Assembly (NCBI GenBank): GCA_041494705.1 | Contig: JBGQBI010000002.1 | Span: 90,001 to 122,000 of the forward strand | Length of the DNA: 32,000 nt | Reading direction: 5' to 3' | Source: Candidatus Methanoperedens sp. | GTDB lineage: Archaea > Halobacteriota > Methanosarcinia > Methanosarcinales > Methanoperedenaceae | Shown here: one piece after another, positions 1-10,265 of the stretch | How the letters are laid out: the number at the start of each line of letters is the position of its first letter | Numbering within the stretch: the first letter of the stretch is position 1 | Translations under genes and position numbers: made by a program | Notes under the pieces: model-generated | Databases searched by the model: none | The model's input: the letters and a program-made list of their open reading frames with translations, nothing else | What the model was told of the DNA's origin: nothing

Positions 1-879
1 CGAAAAGAGACGGTCCATGCCCGCAATTCCAATCGCAGGCAATAGCGCTGCAATTGTTGTCGGCGCTAAACAAACAAAAAGTGCTATAAGCACGGTGAGC
101 GAAACCGGCATACCCTGTCCGGCAGATTTTACGCTGTATATGGATAATGAGCTGAAATTGATAACCACAAGCAGAAAGACCGCTGTTAACGATATCAGCA
201 GTACTTCCAGTGCAATCTCGTTCGGGGTTTTACGGCGCTTTGCACCTTCCACCATGGCAATCATCCTGTCCAGGAATGCCTCCCCCGGATTCGCTGTTAT
301 GCGCACGATTATTTGATTGGAAATGACTTTTGTCCCGCCTGTTACAGCACTTCTGTCTCCGCCGGATTCCCGGACAACCGGGGCTGACTCACCAGTGACA
401 GATGATTCGTTCACGAGGGCGGCGCCTTCAACCACTTCACCATCGCCGGGAATCATCTCCCCTGCTTCCACGAGAACGTAATCCCCTTTATGGAGATTTG
501 CAGAAGAGATAAGCTCGTATTTTTCCTTTAACTCAGGATTTACAAGCCTTTTTGCCATTACTTCTGTGCGCGTTTTGCGAAGCGACTCTGCGCGTGCCTT
601 TCCCCGCCCTTCTGCAAGCGACTCTGCAAAGGTTGAAAATATCACCGTCAGCCAGAGCCACAAGGATATAGCTCCTGTAAACCAGGAAGGTTCGCCTGAT
701 TTAAAAAATAAGCCTGCGAGGAAACTGATAGTTGTAATAATGCTTCCGATTTCCACAAGGAACATGACAGGGTTTCGCCAGATACTGAGAGGGTTAAGCT
801 TTTTTAACGAGTCCAGTAAAGCCTGGCGTAAGAGTTCAGGTTCAAAGATCGTTGTATCTTTTGTTTTAATATCGCCCAT
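1..879 (-). CDS. kdpB: K+-transporting P-type ATPase subunit KdpB, N-terminal 293 codons (3' end runs off the window)
   Basis: Not on the ORF track because it is open at the window edge. My minus-strand translation from ATG 879-877 gives [46 protein letters not shown]... Further on it gives ...[13 protein letters not shown]... (TGES actuator motif, about nt 361-420) and ...[20 protein letters not shown] at nt 60-1. It starts 2 nt after the kdpA stop. Confidence 0.9.
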   Translation of the reverse strand, partial: MGDIKTKDTTIFEPELLRQALLDSLKKLNPLSIWRNPVMFLVEIGSIITTISFLAGLFFKSGEPSWFTGAISLWLWLTVIFSTFAESLAEGRGKARAESLRKTRTEVMAKRLVNPELKEKYELISSANLHKGDYVLVEAGEMIPGDGEVVEGAALVNESSVTGESAPVVRESGGDRSAVTGGTKVISNQIIVRITANPGEAFLDRMIAMVEGAKRRKTPNEIALEVLLISLTAVFLLVVINFSSLSIYSVKSAGQGMPVSLTVLIALFVCLAPTTIAALLPAIGIAGMDRLFS

Positions 880-880
880 G

Positions 881-2614
881 TTATTGACCTGCACGCATTA
901 TCATATGCTCCACAATCGGTCCAAGTGACAGGGCAGGAAAGAACGTCAGGGCTCCGACTATCAGAATAACAAAGGCAAGCCATAAAACGAATAAAATCTG
1001 ATGTGTCGGAAGCGTACCGATGCCTGGCGGGATATATTTTTTCTTTGCAAGAGACCCTGCCAGGGCAAGCGCAGCCACTGCCGGAACAAACCTGCCGATA
1101 AGCATTGCAATGGCCGTCACCAGATTATAAAAAAGAGTATTGGCATTAAGTCCTGCAAATGCGCTGCCGTTATTATTGGATACAGAGGCAAAAGCATAGA
1201 GAATTTCGCTTAAACCGTGCGGGCCGGGGTTTAAAATAGAGGAAATTCCCGCATAGGTTACCAGTGCAACAGAAACAAAAATGAGCACCAGGATGCCAGA
1301 GGTGAGGACAATTAACACTGACATCCACATCTCAAAGACCTCTATTTTTTTGCCAAGATATTCCGGCGTCCTGCCTATCATAAGACCTGCGATGAAAACC
1401 GCTATAATCGCAAAGGCAAGAATAGTGTAAAGTCCTGACCCTACACCGCCGGGAATTACTTCACCTAACAGTATTAGCAGCATCGTGACCATTCCACCAA
1501 TTGGCGTTAATGAGTCATGCATTGTGTTTACAGCGCCGGTGGAGGTAGCTGTCGTGCTGACGGCAAAGAGAACCGAGCTACCGATACCAAACCTGACCTC
1601 CTTGCCCTCCATATAAGAACCGTTGACACCAGGCTGCACAAGAGGGTTGCCGTTATACTCAGACCAGTACATCACTCCGAGGAATACTATGAACAGCATC
1701 ATCATAGTTGTAAATAAAGCCCACCCCTGCCTGGTATTTCCTGCGAAGCGCCCGAATGTGTAAGTAAGAGAAAAAGGGATAAGAAGGATAAGAAGTATTT
1801 CCAGAAAATTGGTTAACGGAGTAGGGTTTTCAAAAGGATGAGCTGAGTTTGCATTAAAAAAACCACCACCATTTGTCCCAAACTCTTTTATTGCTTCCTG
1901 GGATGCAACAGGTCCCATGGGGAGCATCTGATTGCTGACGCTTTGTCCATCCGGTGTTTGAATGGGCTGGAGTAACGAACTATTCGTATAAGGATCAAAA
2001 TTCTGAATAACGCCCTGGGAGACCAGTAGCAGGGCTGCTATGATAGAAATTGGCAGGAGAATGTATAATACACTTTTAGTCATATCCTGCCAGAAGTTTC
2101 CAATGGTCTGGGAAGTATGCCTGGTAAAGCCGCGAATTAAGGCGAGCGCTATACACAAACCTGTAGCGGCAGAAAAAAAGTTCTGTACTGCGAGGCCCGA
2201 CATCTGGGTGAGGTAGCTCGCTGCCGATTCACCGCTATATGCCTGCCAGTTGGTATTTGTAACAAAACTTATTGCTGTATTGAATGCAAGATCAAGCGAA
2301 AATCCCGGGAACCCCTGGGGATTGAGAGGAAGGATGCCCTGGAGCAGCAGTATCAGGAACAGAACGATTATTCCCAGACCGTTAAATAAGAGCATTGCCT
2401 TTGCATAATCTTTCCAGTCCATCTCTTCATCGTGCTTTATACCTGCCACTTTGTAAACCAGATTCTCAAGAGGCGCCAGGACGGGACTTAAAAAAGTACG
2501 CTTGCCCTGATATACGTTCGTTATATACGTCCCAAAAGGCTTAACAAGCAGGGTCAAAACTATCAGGAAAAATAACATCCCACCGATATCAAATAAGATT
2601 TCCATGATTGGCAT
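881..2614 (-). CDS. kdpA: K+-transporting ATPase subunit KdpA
   Basis: 577-aa polytopic membrane ORF. Size and segments such as [11 protein letters not shown] and [20 protein letters not shown] are typical of KdpA. kdpB follows immediately downstream on the same strand. I could not find a kdpF-like micro-ORF upstream. Confidence 0.92.
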   Translation of the reverse strand: MPIMEILFDIGGMLFFLIVLTLLVKPFGTYITNVYQGKRTFLSPVLAPLENLVYKVAGIKHDEEMDWKDYAKAMLLFNGLGIIVLFLILLLQGILPLNPQGFPGFSLDLAFNTAISFVTNTNWQAYSGESAASYLTQMSGLAVQNFFSAATGLCIALALIRGFTRHTSQTIGNFWQDMTKSVLYILLPISIIAALLLVSQGVIQNFDPYTNSSLLQPIQTPDGQSVSNQMLPMGPVASQEAIKEFGTNGGGFFNANSAHPFENPTPLTNFLEILLILLIPFSLTYTFGRFAGNTRQGWALFTTMMMLFIVFLGVMYWSEYNGNPLVQPGVNGSYMEGKEVRFGIGSSVLFAVSTTATSTGAVNTMHDSLTPIGGMVTMLLILLGEVIPGGVGSGLYTILAFAIIAVFIAGLMIGRTPEYLGKKIEVFEMWMSVLIVLTSGILVLIFVSVALVTYAGISSILNPGPHGLSEILYAFASVSNNNGSAFAGLNANTLFYNLVTAIAMLIGRFVPAVAALALAGSLAKKKYIPPGIGTLPTHQILFVLWLAFVILIVGALTFFPALSLGPIVEHMIMRAGQ

Positions 2615-2738
2615 AACGTACTCTGCTTATGACTGATTTTAATAACTTCCACTAGCTATACTATCTGGACTATTAAAGTTTTGGGACTGAGCTTTGTGAT
2701 TACAGGAAAGAGATTAATAAATTACCAAATCGAGATAC

Positions 2739-3401
2739 CTAATTCAGCTCCATCCTCTCTCCTGTCACCATGAAAACCACGTTTTCGCAGAGATTCGTTA
2801 TGTGGTCCCCTATCCTCTCAAGATACCTTGCTACGAAAGTTAAATGCTGTGCGCCTGTTATCTTTTTTGGATCCTCGATCATATAGGAAATCAATTCCCT
2901 TCTTACCTGGTCAAAGAGCATATCAACTTCATCATCCCGTTTCGCAATTGCCTTTGCAAGCTCCACATCTTTATTTTCAAATGCGCTCATTGTGTTTGCC
3001 AGCATTTGCTGACATATCTCTGACATTCTCGGTATGTCTATGAGAGGCTTTACCTGGGGTACATTAGCTGATATCTTTGTAATAACCGCTATTTCCAGGG
3101 CAAGGTCTCCCATCCTTTCAAGATCAATGCTCATCTTTAATGCCGAGATTATAAGCCTCAAATCCCTCGCCATAGGCTGCTGAAGCGCAAGAAGGCGCAT
3201 GCAGTCTTCCTCAATGGTGTGATCGATGGCATCAATCTCGTCATCCATATCAATAACCTTCTGGGCAAGTTCAACATCGCGATTCTTAAGAGACAGCACA
3301 GAATCTCCTATCGCCTTGCCTACAAGGCTTCCCATGTCAAGTACTTCCTCTCTTAATTTATGCAGGTCTTTGTGATACGCTTCCCGGGTCATGTTATCCA
3401 A
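2739..3401 (-). CDS. phoU: Phosphate transport system regulator PhoU
   Basis: 220 aa with two PhoU repeats (DDEIDAID...[12 protein letters not shown] and DDEVDMLF...[13 protein letters not shown]). Its start overlaps the end of pstB by 8 nt. Confidence 0.9.
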   Translation of the reverse strand: MDNMTREAYHKDLHKLREEVLDMGSLVGKAIGDSVLSLKNRDVELAQKVIDMDDEIDAIDHTIEEDCMRLLALQQPMARDLRLIISALKMSIDLERMGDLALEIAVITKISANVPQVKPLIDIPRMSEICQQMLANTMSAFENKDVELAKAIAKRDDEVDMLFDQVRRELISYMIEDPKKITGAQHLTFVARYLERIGDHITNLCENVVFMVTGERMELN

Positions 3402-4152
3402 ACCTCCCGACTATGTAGTCTTCGGTGCTTTTCTCCTTTGGCTTCTTAAATATCTGGTTTGTTTCTCCAAACTCTATAAGCTTTCCGTAAAGAAAGAAAG
3501 CCGTATAATCGCTTACTCTTGCTGCCTGCTGCATATTATGTGTTACTATAACAAGGGTATATTTTTCCTTAAGCTCTGTCATTAAGTCTTCTATTTTGCT
3601 GGTGGATATGGGATCCAGCGCTGAACAGGGCTCGTCAAACAGGATGACTTCCGGCTCAACCGCTAAAGCTCTTGCTATGCAGAGGCGCTGCTGCTGACCT
3701 CCTGATAAACTCACGCCGGATTTATTGAGGTCGTTCTTCACTTCATCCCAGAGTGCAGCTTTTTTGAGACTTTCCTCAACGGTCATATCAAGGATCTTTT
3801 TATCTTTCACTCCGCCAAGCTTTAACCCTGCCACAACATTATCCCGTATAGACATCGTAGGAAAAGGGTTAGGCTTCTGGAATACCATACCTATGCGCCT
3901 TCTTATGTCCACCGGGTCGATATCGCTCTGATATATATTCTTGCCATCAACCAGTACTTTTCCTGAAACTTTTGCCCCGTGTACAACTTCATGCATTCTG
4001 TTGATACATCGGATGAATGTGGATTTTCCACACCCTGAAGGGCCTATGATAGCAGTTATCCTGTTTTCCTGTATGTCCAGATTAATGTTATGCAGTACCT
4101 CTTTCTTTCCAAACACTGCATTAAGATTTTCTACTGTGATTTTATTCTGCAC
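3394..4152 (-). CDS. pstB: Phosphate ABC transporter ATP-binding protein PstB
   Basis: 252 aa. Walker [13 protein letters not shown] signature LSGGQQQRL, Walker [12 protein letters not shown]. Position in a pstSCAB-phoU gene order. Confidence 0.95.
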   Translation of the reverse strand: MQNKITVENLNAVFGKKEVLHNINLDIQENRITAIIGPSGCGKSTFIRCINRMHEVVHGAKVSGKVLVDGKNIYQSDIDPVDIRRRIGMVFQKPNPFPTMSIRDNVVAGLKLGGVKDKKILDMTVEESLKKAALWDEVKNDLNKSGVSLSGGQQQRLCIARALAVEPEVILFDEPCSALDPISTSKIEDLMTELKEKYTLVIVTHNMQQAARVSDYTAFFLYGKLIEFGETNQIFKKPKEKSTEDYIVGRFG

Positions 4153-4165
4153 GTTTATACTCCTA

Positions 4166-4999
4166 TTAACTATATTTTCTCCGGGTTACGAACCTCACAC
4201 TAATATTTAAAATAAGAATCAGGATAATCAGGATAAGTGCTCCTCCCCACGCTTTAGCATTCCAGTCGGGAAAGGGTGTTATTGCATATGTATAAATCTG
4301 CACCGGAAGGGTGGATATTGGTTTGTCTATCCCGTTAGCCCAGAACATATTGCCAAAGGAAGTGAAAAGGAGAGGGGCAGTCTCACCTGATATCCTTGCA
4401 ATTGCAAGCAAAGCACCTGTGACTATCCCGCTCCTGCCCGTGCTTAAAACAATATGCAATGTTGTTTTCCACTTCGGTATCCCAAGGGCAAGGGAAGCTT
4501 CTTTAATCGATCCCGGCACAAGCCTGAGGGATTCCTCGGTGGTTCTTGTGACAATCGGGATCATCAATACAGATAGCGCCGCTCCTCCTGCAATTGCAGA
4601 GAAGCTTCCGAAATACAGGACTATGAAGGTATAACCGAACATCCCTGCCACTATCGATGGGGTACCCGTCAGGACATCAGCCACGAAACTTACAAAACGT
4701 CCAAACCTGTTTTCCCCGTATTCTGAAAGATATACCCCTGAAAGAATGCCTATAGGAAGCCCGATTAAGCAGGCAATCCCCACGACTGTAAATGTTCCCT
4801 GGATAGCATTCCCAAGCCCGCCGCCTGCTTCTCCAACAGGTTTGGGGAGCTGGGTAAGAAAATCCATGTTTATGGCAGATATCCCATTGATTGTTACCGT
4901 GTAGAGAATACTCAGCAGTGGGATTATGGCAATTACAACGCAGGCAGCGGTCAGGAAAGACATAACCCTGTCAATTAATTTTCTTTTATTCCATTTCAT
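4166..4999 (-). CDS. pstA: Phosphate ABC transporter permease PstA
   Basis: 277-aa polytopic permease with an EAA-type loop ([13 protein letters not shown]). 4-nt overlap with pstC. Confidence 0.9.
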   Translation of the reverse strand: MKWNKRKLIDRVMSFLTAACVVIAIIPLLSILYTVTINGISAINMDFLTQLPKPVGEAGGGLGNAIQGTFTVVGIACLIGLPIGILSGVYLSEYGENRFGRFVSFVADVLTGTPSIVAGMFGYTFIVLYFGSFSAIAGGAALSVLMIPIVTRTTEESLRLVPGSIKEASLALGIPKWKTTLHIVLSTGRSGIVTGALLAIARISGETAPLLFTSFGNMFWANGIDKPISTLPVQIYTYAITPFPDWNAKAWGGALILIILILILNISVRFVTRRKYS

Positions 5000-5952
5000 G
5001 CCACACCGCCACCTTCTACTTTAAGGAGTTTCCATACAAGAATCCTGGCTGCAATATTGACTATAACTGATATAACCAGGAGCAAAAACCCGATCTCAAT
5101 AAGAGATGAGATGTAAAGCCTGGAAGTTGCCTCCACAAACTCATTTGCAATAACCGAAGCCATAGTGTATGATGGCGAGAAAAGCGATTCCGAAATCCTG
5201 GGACTGTTCCCGATGACCATAGTTACTGCCATCGTTTCGCCGATAGCACGTCCAAATCCAAGAATCACAGCCCCGAATATTCCTGACCTTGCGTATGGCA
5301 GCACCGCAATCCGTGTGGTCTCCCAGCCTGTAGCGCCGAGAGCGAGAGCGCCTTCTCTCTGGTGTGTGGGAACTGTCATGATGACTTCCCTGGATATCGA
5401 TGAGGTTATCGGGATTATCATGATTGCAAGTATCACGCCGCCTGTGAGCATGGACAGACCATACATCGGTCCCTGGAAAAGCGGCAGAAACCCAAGGTAA
5501 GTTGAAAGAGGCGGCGCAAGATAGTCGCGGATGAACGGGGCGAGAATGAATATACCCCAGAGCCCGATAATGACGCTCGGGACGGCGGCGAGCAGTTCGA
5601 TGATGAAAGATAATGGCGTCCTCAGCTTTTCCGGGGCGAGTTCTGAGAGAAATATCGCTATCCCAAGGCTGAAGGGGACAGCTATGAGCAGGGCAAGGAA
5701 TGATGAAACCAGAGTCCCGAAGATAAAAGGCAGGGCGCCGAATACCTCATTCACAGGGTCCCAGGTTGATGCGGTCAGGAAACCAAGACCAAAAGAGTCT
5801 ATTGACAGTCCTGCCCCGATAAAAAGCTCCATGAACAATAAAAATGCAAGGACTATTATGCCAAGAGCAAAGAAGCCAACAACTGCTTTAAAAATAAAAT
5901 CGCCGGAGAGTTTACTCCGGCTACGGAAAGAAGACAATCTCGATCTATCCAT
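4996..5952 (-). CDS. pstC: Phosphate ABC transporter permease PstC
   Basis: 318-aa polytopic permease with an EAA-type loop (EGALALGATGWET). It abuts the pstS stop codon. Confidence 0.9.
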   Translation of the reverse strand: MDRSRLSSFRSRSKLSGDFIFKAVVGFFALGIIVLAFLLFMELFIGAGLSIDSFGLGFLTASTWDPVNEVFGALPFIFGTLVSSFLALLIAVPFSLGIAIFLSELAPEKLRTPLSFIIELLAAVPSVIIGLWGIFILAPFIRDYLAPPLSTYLGFLPLFQGPMYGLSMLTGGVILAIMIIPITSSISREVIMTVPTHQREGALALGATGWETTRIAVLPYARSGIFGAVILGFGRAIGETMAVTMVIGNSPRISESLFSPSYTMASVIANEFVEATSRLYISSLIEIGFLLLVISVIVNIAARILVWKLLKVEGGGVA

Positions 5953-7068
5953 CTAGATTAGCGGTTGTCCATTGTAGTTCATAAGCTTTATGGTTTTTTC
6001 ATTCAGACTTACGACTTCTTTTGGCAGCGGTACATACTGGAGACCTGAGGAATAACTCTGTCCATCATGTACTGCCCACCAGAGGAATTCAGCCAGTGCC
6101 TTACCTTTGGTCAGATCTGTCTGGTTTTTGTAGACAAGAAGATAGGTAAAGCTGCTAATGGGGTATGAATTGTCTCCCGGGGCATTCACAATACTTACGG
6201 ATGACCAGCTTGCGTCGCCTGAAGGCAGCGTTGTCACGGCTCCGGCAACGGCGTTTGCAGTTGTTTCAAGCGTGGGTTCGATGAATTTCCCTGCCTTGTT
6301 CTTGATGTACGCATAGGAGATGTTGTTCTGAAGCTTGGCGTAGATAAGTTCGACATACCCTATTGCATAGGTGTTCTGGTTTATGATACCTGCAACGCCC
6401 TCGTTGCCTTTCCCGCCAAGACCGACCGGCCAGTTGACTGATGTACCCTTTCCAACTTTTGATTTCCAGTCGGGGCTGACTGAGGAAAGATAATCTGTGA
6501 AGACGAAGGTTGTTCCGCTTCCATCGCTCCTGTGCGCCACGATAATATCCTTTGCCGGGAACTGGATGCCGGGATTAAGTGAAACTATCCGAGGGTCATT
6601 CCATTTTGTGATTTTCCCAAGGAAAATATCAGCAATTACATCGCCGCTCAAATTCATTCCCTTCGGTATGCCGGGAAGGTTATACGCTACAACCACTGCG
6701 CCTATGGTTTCGGGTATTTGCAGGATTCCTGTGAGATTTTTATATACCTGCTCTGAGAGAGGCGCATCACTTGCGCCAAAATTCACTGTTTTTGCTGTAA
6801 TTTGCTGTATTCCAGCACCGCTTCCTACGCTCTGATAATTAATCTGGATATTTGGATTTATTTTGCTATATTCCGAACTCCATTTTGATATCAGGGGATA
6901 TGGAAATGTTGCACCTGCGCCGTTTAAGGTTAAGGTTTCCGGGGCTTTTGTGGGCTGCACGGTTGCAGTCGGTTGCACTGTAGTCTGTACGGGAGGCTGC
7001 TGGCTTACACATCCAGCTACCAGCACGCCTGCCAGCATCAAAATTAGTATCGTCTTTAATCGATTCAT
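5953..7068 (-). CDS. pstS: Phosphate-binding protein PstS (lipobox-type anchor)
   Basis: 371 aa. Signal peptide ending in the lipobox-like LVAGC, then a Q/P/T-rich linker. PstS signatures GAGATFPYP, VGSGAGI, FGASDAPL, HRSDGSGTT. Confidence 0.9.
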   Translation of the reverse strand: MNRLKTILILMLAGVLVAGCVSQQPPVQTTVQPTATVQPTKAPETLTLNGAGATFPYPLISKWSSEYSKINPNIQINYQSVGSGAGIQQITAKTVNFGASDAPLSEQVYKNLTGILQIPETIGAVVVAYNLPGIPKGMNLSGDVIADIFLGKITKWNDPRIVSLNPGIQFPAKDIIVAHRSDGSGTTFVFTDYLSSVSPDWKSKVGKGTSVNWPVGLGGKGNEGVAGIINQNTYAIGYVELIYAKLQNNISYAYIKNKAGKFIEPTLETTANAVAGAVTTLPSGDASWSSVSIVNAPGDNSYPISSFTYLLVYKNQTDLTKGKALAEFLWWAVHDGQSYSSGLQYVPLPKEVVSLNEKTIKLMNYNGQPLI

Positions 7069-7114
7069 TTTGTTTAATCACCAGCACGAATTTTAGCATC
7101 AAATAATATATAGC

Positions 7115-7155
7115 TTCTCCCAAGAATCTATATAGACTATATAAAATCAGTAAAT
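7115..7155. promoter_or_regulatory. Copy a of a recurrent 38-41 nt intergenic motif, upstream of pstS
   Basis: ttctcccaagaatctatatagactatataaaatcagtaaat. It is 38/41 identical to 19576-19616. It lies 47 nt upstream of the pstS ATG, with a second A/T box (7101-7114) between it and the start. Confidence 0.6.
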
Positions 7156-7205
7156 TATGTTCAAGAGATGTTTAGAGAATATGTAAAACTTAAACCTTAT
7201 TGAAC

Positions 7206-8087
7206 TCATGCGATAGCCGGTTCAATAGAATACGTTATTGCAGGAGGCATTAAACCTGACCTTAAACTGCAAAATTCTCTGATTTGTGCAAGGCTTTTAA
7301 GGGTATGGTCTCTTGTTGAGTTTTTAACTTCCAGGATCAAATTTCTTGTGTTTGTCTTTGATATGTTTTTAAATACTTCCCTGAAGTTTATTTTTCCAAG
7401 CCCCAGGGGAAGGTGGCGGTCTCCAAAAAGTGCTTCTTCAGACTCCAGAATTCCGAAGTTATCATGAAGATGCATCTGATGTATGTAGCCACCTAACTCA
7501 AAATAATCTTCCAGGGATAACCCGTATGCATTGGAGGCGATAAACGCATGACCTATATCCAGATTGATTTTTAAATTTTCAGAATCTACCATTTCAATTA
7601 TATGGTATATTTCCCCGGGGAACACACCAATTTTATTTCCCCCCTCCCTATCAAACAGGTTCTCTAAAAGAAGGGTGACGCCATATTCTTCGGCGAGGGT
7701 ACAGAGATGAATTAAATTACGTAAATTCGAATTAAGACACTTTTTTGAGCCGCTTTGCGAACCAGGATGAACAACTATGTATTCCGCTCCTATTTTTGCA
7801 GCAATCTCGATTACTTTTCCCATAACAATAAAATTTTTTTCATTATTAGTTGAAAAATCGATCTTTAGTCCTTCAATCCTGGAATCAATGTGCGGGGCAT
7901 GGATAGTAAATTCTGTGCCAAAAGATGAGGCAAGATATGCAGCCTTTGACAATAGTTCTTTTTCCTTTTGTTTGTCTAAAAAATCCACCCTGTCAAGACC
8001 AAGTTCAATAATTTCCACTTCACATGGATCTATGGCTCCTCCAAAATCTTTTATCTGAGGAGAGTTTATGCCTGTTTTTGTATTCAT
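7206..8087 (-). CDS. Sugar phosphate isomerase/epimerase-like protein (xylose isomerase-like TIM barrel family)
   Basis: 293 aa. By-eye metal-ligand pattern of the AP-endonuclease-2/xylose-isomerase-like TIM barrel family (IHAPH, VVHPG, LLLENL, DIGHA, HLHDN). Confidence 0.7.
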   Translation of the reverse strand: MNTKTGINSPQIKDFGGAIDPCEVEIIELGLDRVDFLDKQKEKELLSKAAYLASSFGTEFTIHAPHIDSRIEGLKIDFSTNNEKNFIVMGKVIEIAAKIGAEYIVVHPGSQSGSKKCLNSNLRNLIHLCTLAEEYGVTLLLENLFDREGGNKIGVFPGEIYHIIEMVDSENLKINLDIGHAFIASNAYGLSLEDYFELGGYIHQMHLHDNFGILESEEALFGDRHLPLGLGKINFREVFKNISKTNTRNLILEVKNSTRDHTLKSLAQIREFCSLRSGLMPPAITYSIEPAIA

Positions 8088-8122
8088 ATAGTATAGTTTT
8101 ACCCTAAATATTATATATTTTA

Positions 8123-8162
8123 TCTCAATAATCCATATATACTAAATAAAATCAGTATAAAT
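8123..8162. promoter_or_regulatory. Copy b of the recurrent intergenic motif, upstream of the isomerase-like gene
   Basis: tctcaataatccatatatactaaataaaatcagtataaat. It shares CAAnAATC(T/C)ATATA...ATAAAATCAGTA with copies a, c and d. It lies 36 nt upstream of ATG 8087. Confidence 0.55.
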
Positions 8163-8189
8163 ATGTCATCAAAAGAATTGTAACCACCT

Positions 8190-8597
8190 TCAAACCTTCT
8201 CCGGCGAGTACCTGACAGCCAGCACCCTTATCACTCCAAGCACAAACAACAGAGCTGAGAGGGCGAAAATAGTTTCGAATCCCAACGATTTGGAATAAAG
8301 CCCGACAGTGACCTCACGCATAGCTATTAAAATCGTGACGTCGGTTATGTCGGTGAGCTTGATTCTTTCATGTTTGGAATAGTCTGCAAAGGTCTTGAAG
8401 AACTCAATCACAATAAAAAGCGTGAGAACGTTAGTAACTATTTTGTTAAAACCGCCATCAAGTGAGTCTATCGCCACAGTGCGAATATCAAGTAATATCC
8501 GCAGCATTCCTGCAATGAGAGCCAACAACAGTACATACAGGACGATGGTAATAATGGAATCAGTAATTTTTTTGAAAAATTTTGGATGGTCAATCAT
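8190..8597 (-). CDS. PsiE-like (phosphate-starvation-inducible E family) small membrane protein
   Basis: 135 aa with 4 predicted TM helices. Length and layout resemble E. coli PsiE (136 aa), including a central LFIVIEFFKTF segment versus YFLYFEFIALIVKYF. This is a by-eye comparison only. Confidence 0.5.
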   Translation of the reverse strand: MIDHPKFFKKITDSIITIVLYVLLLALIAGMLRILLDIRTVAIDSLDGGFNKIVTNVLTLFIVIEFFKTFADYSKHERIKLTDITDVTILIAMREVTVGLYSKSLGFETIFALSALLFVLGVIRVLAVRYSPEKV

Positions 8598-8677
8598 TTA
8601 AATACCATCATCAGAGCGAGTAAGATAAGAAGCGCCATCAGAAAATATTCAATTTTATTGAAGCTGTTCATTTTCAT
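8594..8677 (-). CDS. 27-aa hydrophobic micro-ORF, translationally coupled on both sides
   Basis: My translation is MKMNSFNKIEYFLMALLILLALMMVFK. Its ATG overlaps the TGA of the 63-aa ORF (ATGA), and its TGA overlaps the ATG of the psiE-like gene (ATGA). It is below the ORF-track size cutoff. Confidence 0.3.
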   Translation of the reverse strand: MKMNSFNKIEYFLMALLILLALMMVFK

Positions 8678-8865
8678 TCAGGTTCGAGAGTTAATGCACA
8701 TTCGACATGTACTTTTCCTGGAGTTTTATACAGCCGCTTGATGCTCATCTCAGTTACCGTACCTATTACACCTCCGTCTTTTGCCACTACAATGCTTGCT
8801 GATAATCCTCTCCCGACCATGATCCCTGCTCTGATTGGCATGGGAACTTTAACCTCGTCACCCAT
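8674..8865 (-). CDS. Hypothetical 63-aa protein
   Basis: ORF-track entry. Tightly packed between two micro-ORFs in the same orientation. No family recognised. Confidence 0.35.
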   Translation of the reverse strand: MGDEVKVPMPIRAGIMVGRGLSASIVVAKDGGVIGTVTEMSIKRLYKTPGKVHVECALTLEPE

Positions 8866-8871
8866 AATGCC

Positions 8872-9006
8872 TCATTTGGCAGCGAATCCGCCGCGCATAA
8901 ATAAGTACAACTCCCTGTCTTCCTGCCTCATATTCAAAAGCTCCTCTTCGACCGGGTTGTATGTAATTGAGAGCGTTTTTCTCATAATTTGCTTATTTTC
9001 ATTCAT
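8872..9006 (-). CDS. Hypothetical 44-aa protein (first ORF of the psiE-like operon)
   Basis: My translation is MNENKQIMRKTLSITYNPVEEELLNMRQEDRELYLFMRGGFAAK. It ends 6 nt before the next ATG. Motif copy c lies 45 nt upstream. Possibly ribbon-helix-helix-like, but that is a guess. Confidence 0.25.
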   Translation of the reverse strand: MNENKQIMRKTLSITYNPVEEELLNMRQEDRELYLFMRGGFAAK

Positions 9007-9050
9007 TTCTATCACCAGATTGATAAATTCATTCAAAAGATATATAATTT

Positions 9051-9090
9051 ATCACAATAATCTATATATGCTACATAAAATCAGTAGAAA
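9051..9090. promoter_or_regulatory. Copy c of the recurrent intergenic motif
   Basis: atcacaataatctatatatgctacataaaatcagtagaaa. It lies upstream of the micro-ORF/psiE-like operon. Confidence 0.55.
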
Positions 9091-9127
9091 ATGCCTTTCT
9101 TTCAACTGATGTTGGCGTCGATAGCTA

Positions 9128-10231
9128 TCATATATACTGCGCAAGCACTTCTTCGTACAGTCTGTTCGCATTGTCCTTTGTTTTTGGCATAACAGGAAAT
9201 CCCTTATATTCCATTGCCCTCTCAACATCTTTAAGAAGATCTAATTCATACTGACTTTTTGAAGGAAACCATCTCTGCTTCTCGTAATACTCTGACAGGT
9301 ACTCCTGTTCGGTTTGACCGGGTGTTGGAGTAAAAAACCCGCGTTTCTTATCAAGCTCTGCCATCTCCATCATTGTCGTATAACCCGACCTGCTTATTAC
9401 GAACTTCGCGCGGTTCATTAGCACGTTCTTTTCTTCATGCGATACATACGATTTCACAGTAGTATCCCTGTCAAGCTTTTTTTCAAAATTGTCCTGGGGG
9501 CGTCCGAGAAGCACTACTTTCTTACCCGGGAGCTTCTGCACCTGCCGCAGCAATATTTCCTCAAGCTTACTTCTCTGAGGTTCAGGACCTGAAATACTGA
9601 CCAGGAAATCAAGGTCTTCGGGTACATCCATTTTATGAGAAGGACATAGAATTCCAGCATAGTATGCTTTCGCATTCGTTGTCCTTCGCGTCGACTGACA
9701 CAACTTCCCGCTAAGACAAACAGTATCAGGGTTATTATCTGGAATGATTATACGCTCGAATCTTTTATGAAAATATTCATTAATATACAGGGAAAACGTT
9801 TCAACAGGTTTAATGTAATAAGGAAGGCTGAAGCGCAACTGATGTGATATAAAAAAAGAAGGAATTTTATCTGAATACACACCAAGACGGCTATCACTTA
9901 TAACCATGTCGTACTTATTGTTTGATAGCAGGCTATCAGCAATTTTCTTTTCATCCGCGAGTGCCTTTGATAAATTCGGAATGCTTAAAGCAAATTTAGG
10001 CAAAAAAAATCTTGTTGAACTATATGGAGCCGGATAGTCCTGGAAGAAGATAAAGTGACAATCGGGGAACTCTTTTTTCAACATTTCAAGAGGACCGCCA
10101 CTGGTTGCAATGGTTACCTCATACCCATACTTCAGCAGTTCTCTGATAATCGGGGTAACCCGGCCAGCATGACCCAGTCCCCAGCTAAGCGGACTTATAA
10201 ACACGTGCGCCAATCTGAACCAACCTCTCAA
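9128..10231 (-). CDS. GT-B fold glycosyltransferase (GT1/GT28, MurG/MGT-like)
   Basis: 367 aa. N-terminal glycine-rich loop SWGLGHAGR and C-terminal SRSGYTTMMEMA helix resemble GT28/GT1 donor-binding motifs. By eye. Confidence 0.6.
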   Translation of the reverse strand: MRGWFRLAHVFISPLSWGLGHAGRVTPIIRELLKYGYEVTIATSGGPLEMLKKEFPDCHFIFFQDYPAPYSSTRFFLPKFALSIPNLSKALADEKKIADSLLSNNKYDMVISDSRLGVYSDKIPSFFISHQLRFSLPYYIKPVETFSLYINEYFHKRFERIIIPDNNPDTVCLSGKLCQSTRRTTNAKAYYAGILCPSHKMDVPEDLDFLVSISGPEPQRSKLEEILLRQVQKLPGKKVVLLGRPQDNFEKKLDRDTTVKSYVSHEEKNVLMNRAKFVISRSGYTTMMEMAELDKKRGFFTPTPGQTEQEYLSEYYEKQRWFPSKSQYELDLLKDVERAMEYKGFPVMPKTKDNANRLYEEVLAQYI

Positions 10232-10265
10232 TGAATAATGTTGGGTGAAATCAAAATCGTAGCTC

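Noticed and set aside
17-928. Plus-strand ORFs 17-316 and 566-928
   Set aside because: They are antisense to the open-ended kdpB reading frame, whose translation contains the TGES motif and KdpB-type N-terminus.
1001-1717. Plus-strand ORFs 1001-1213 and 1517-1717 inside kdpA
   Set aside because: They are antisense shadow ORFs within a well-supported long membrane-protein gene. They have no recognisable domains, and their composition mirrors the kdpA codons.
2615-2738. Searched for a kdpF micro-ORF and a sixth motif copy upstream of kdpA (gactgatttt at 2631-2640 resembles the AAAATCAGTA arm in inverted orientation)
   Set aside because: No hydrophobic micro-ORF with a start codon was found. 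The motif match covers only one arm (9/10), is inverted and lacks the ATCTATATA half.
3391-7123. Numerous 60-140 aa ORFs overlapping pstB, pstA, pstC and pstS in other frames or strands. Examples are 3725-3931, 4311-4634, 5165-5500, 5531-5956, 6497-6835, 6863-7096 and 6866-7123.
   Set aside because: All are nested in or overlap strongly supported pst genes. They have low-complexity or Ser/Pro/Arg-rich translations typical of off-frame reading.
8738-9109. 123-aa plus-strand ORF
   Set aside because: It is antisense to the ORF63/ORF44 pair and runs through the motif and promoter region. The minus-strand arrangement with coupled starts and stops is more parsimonious.
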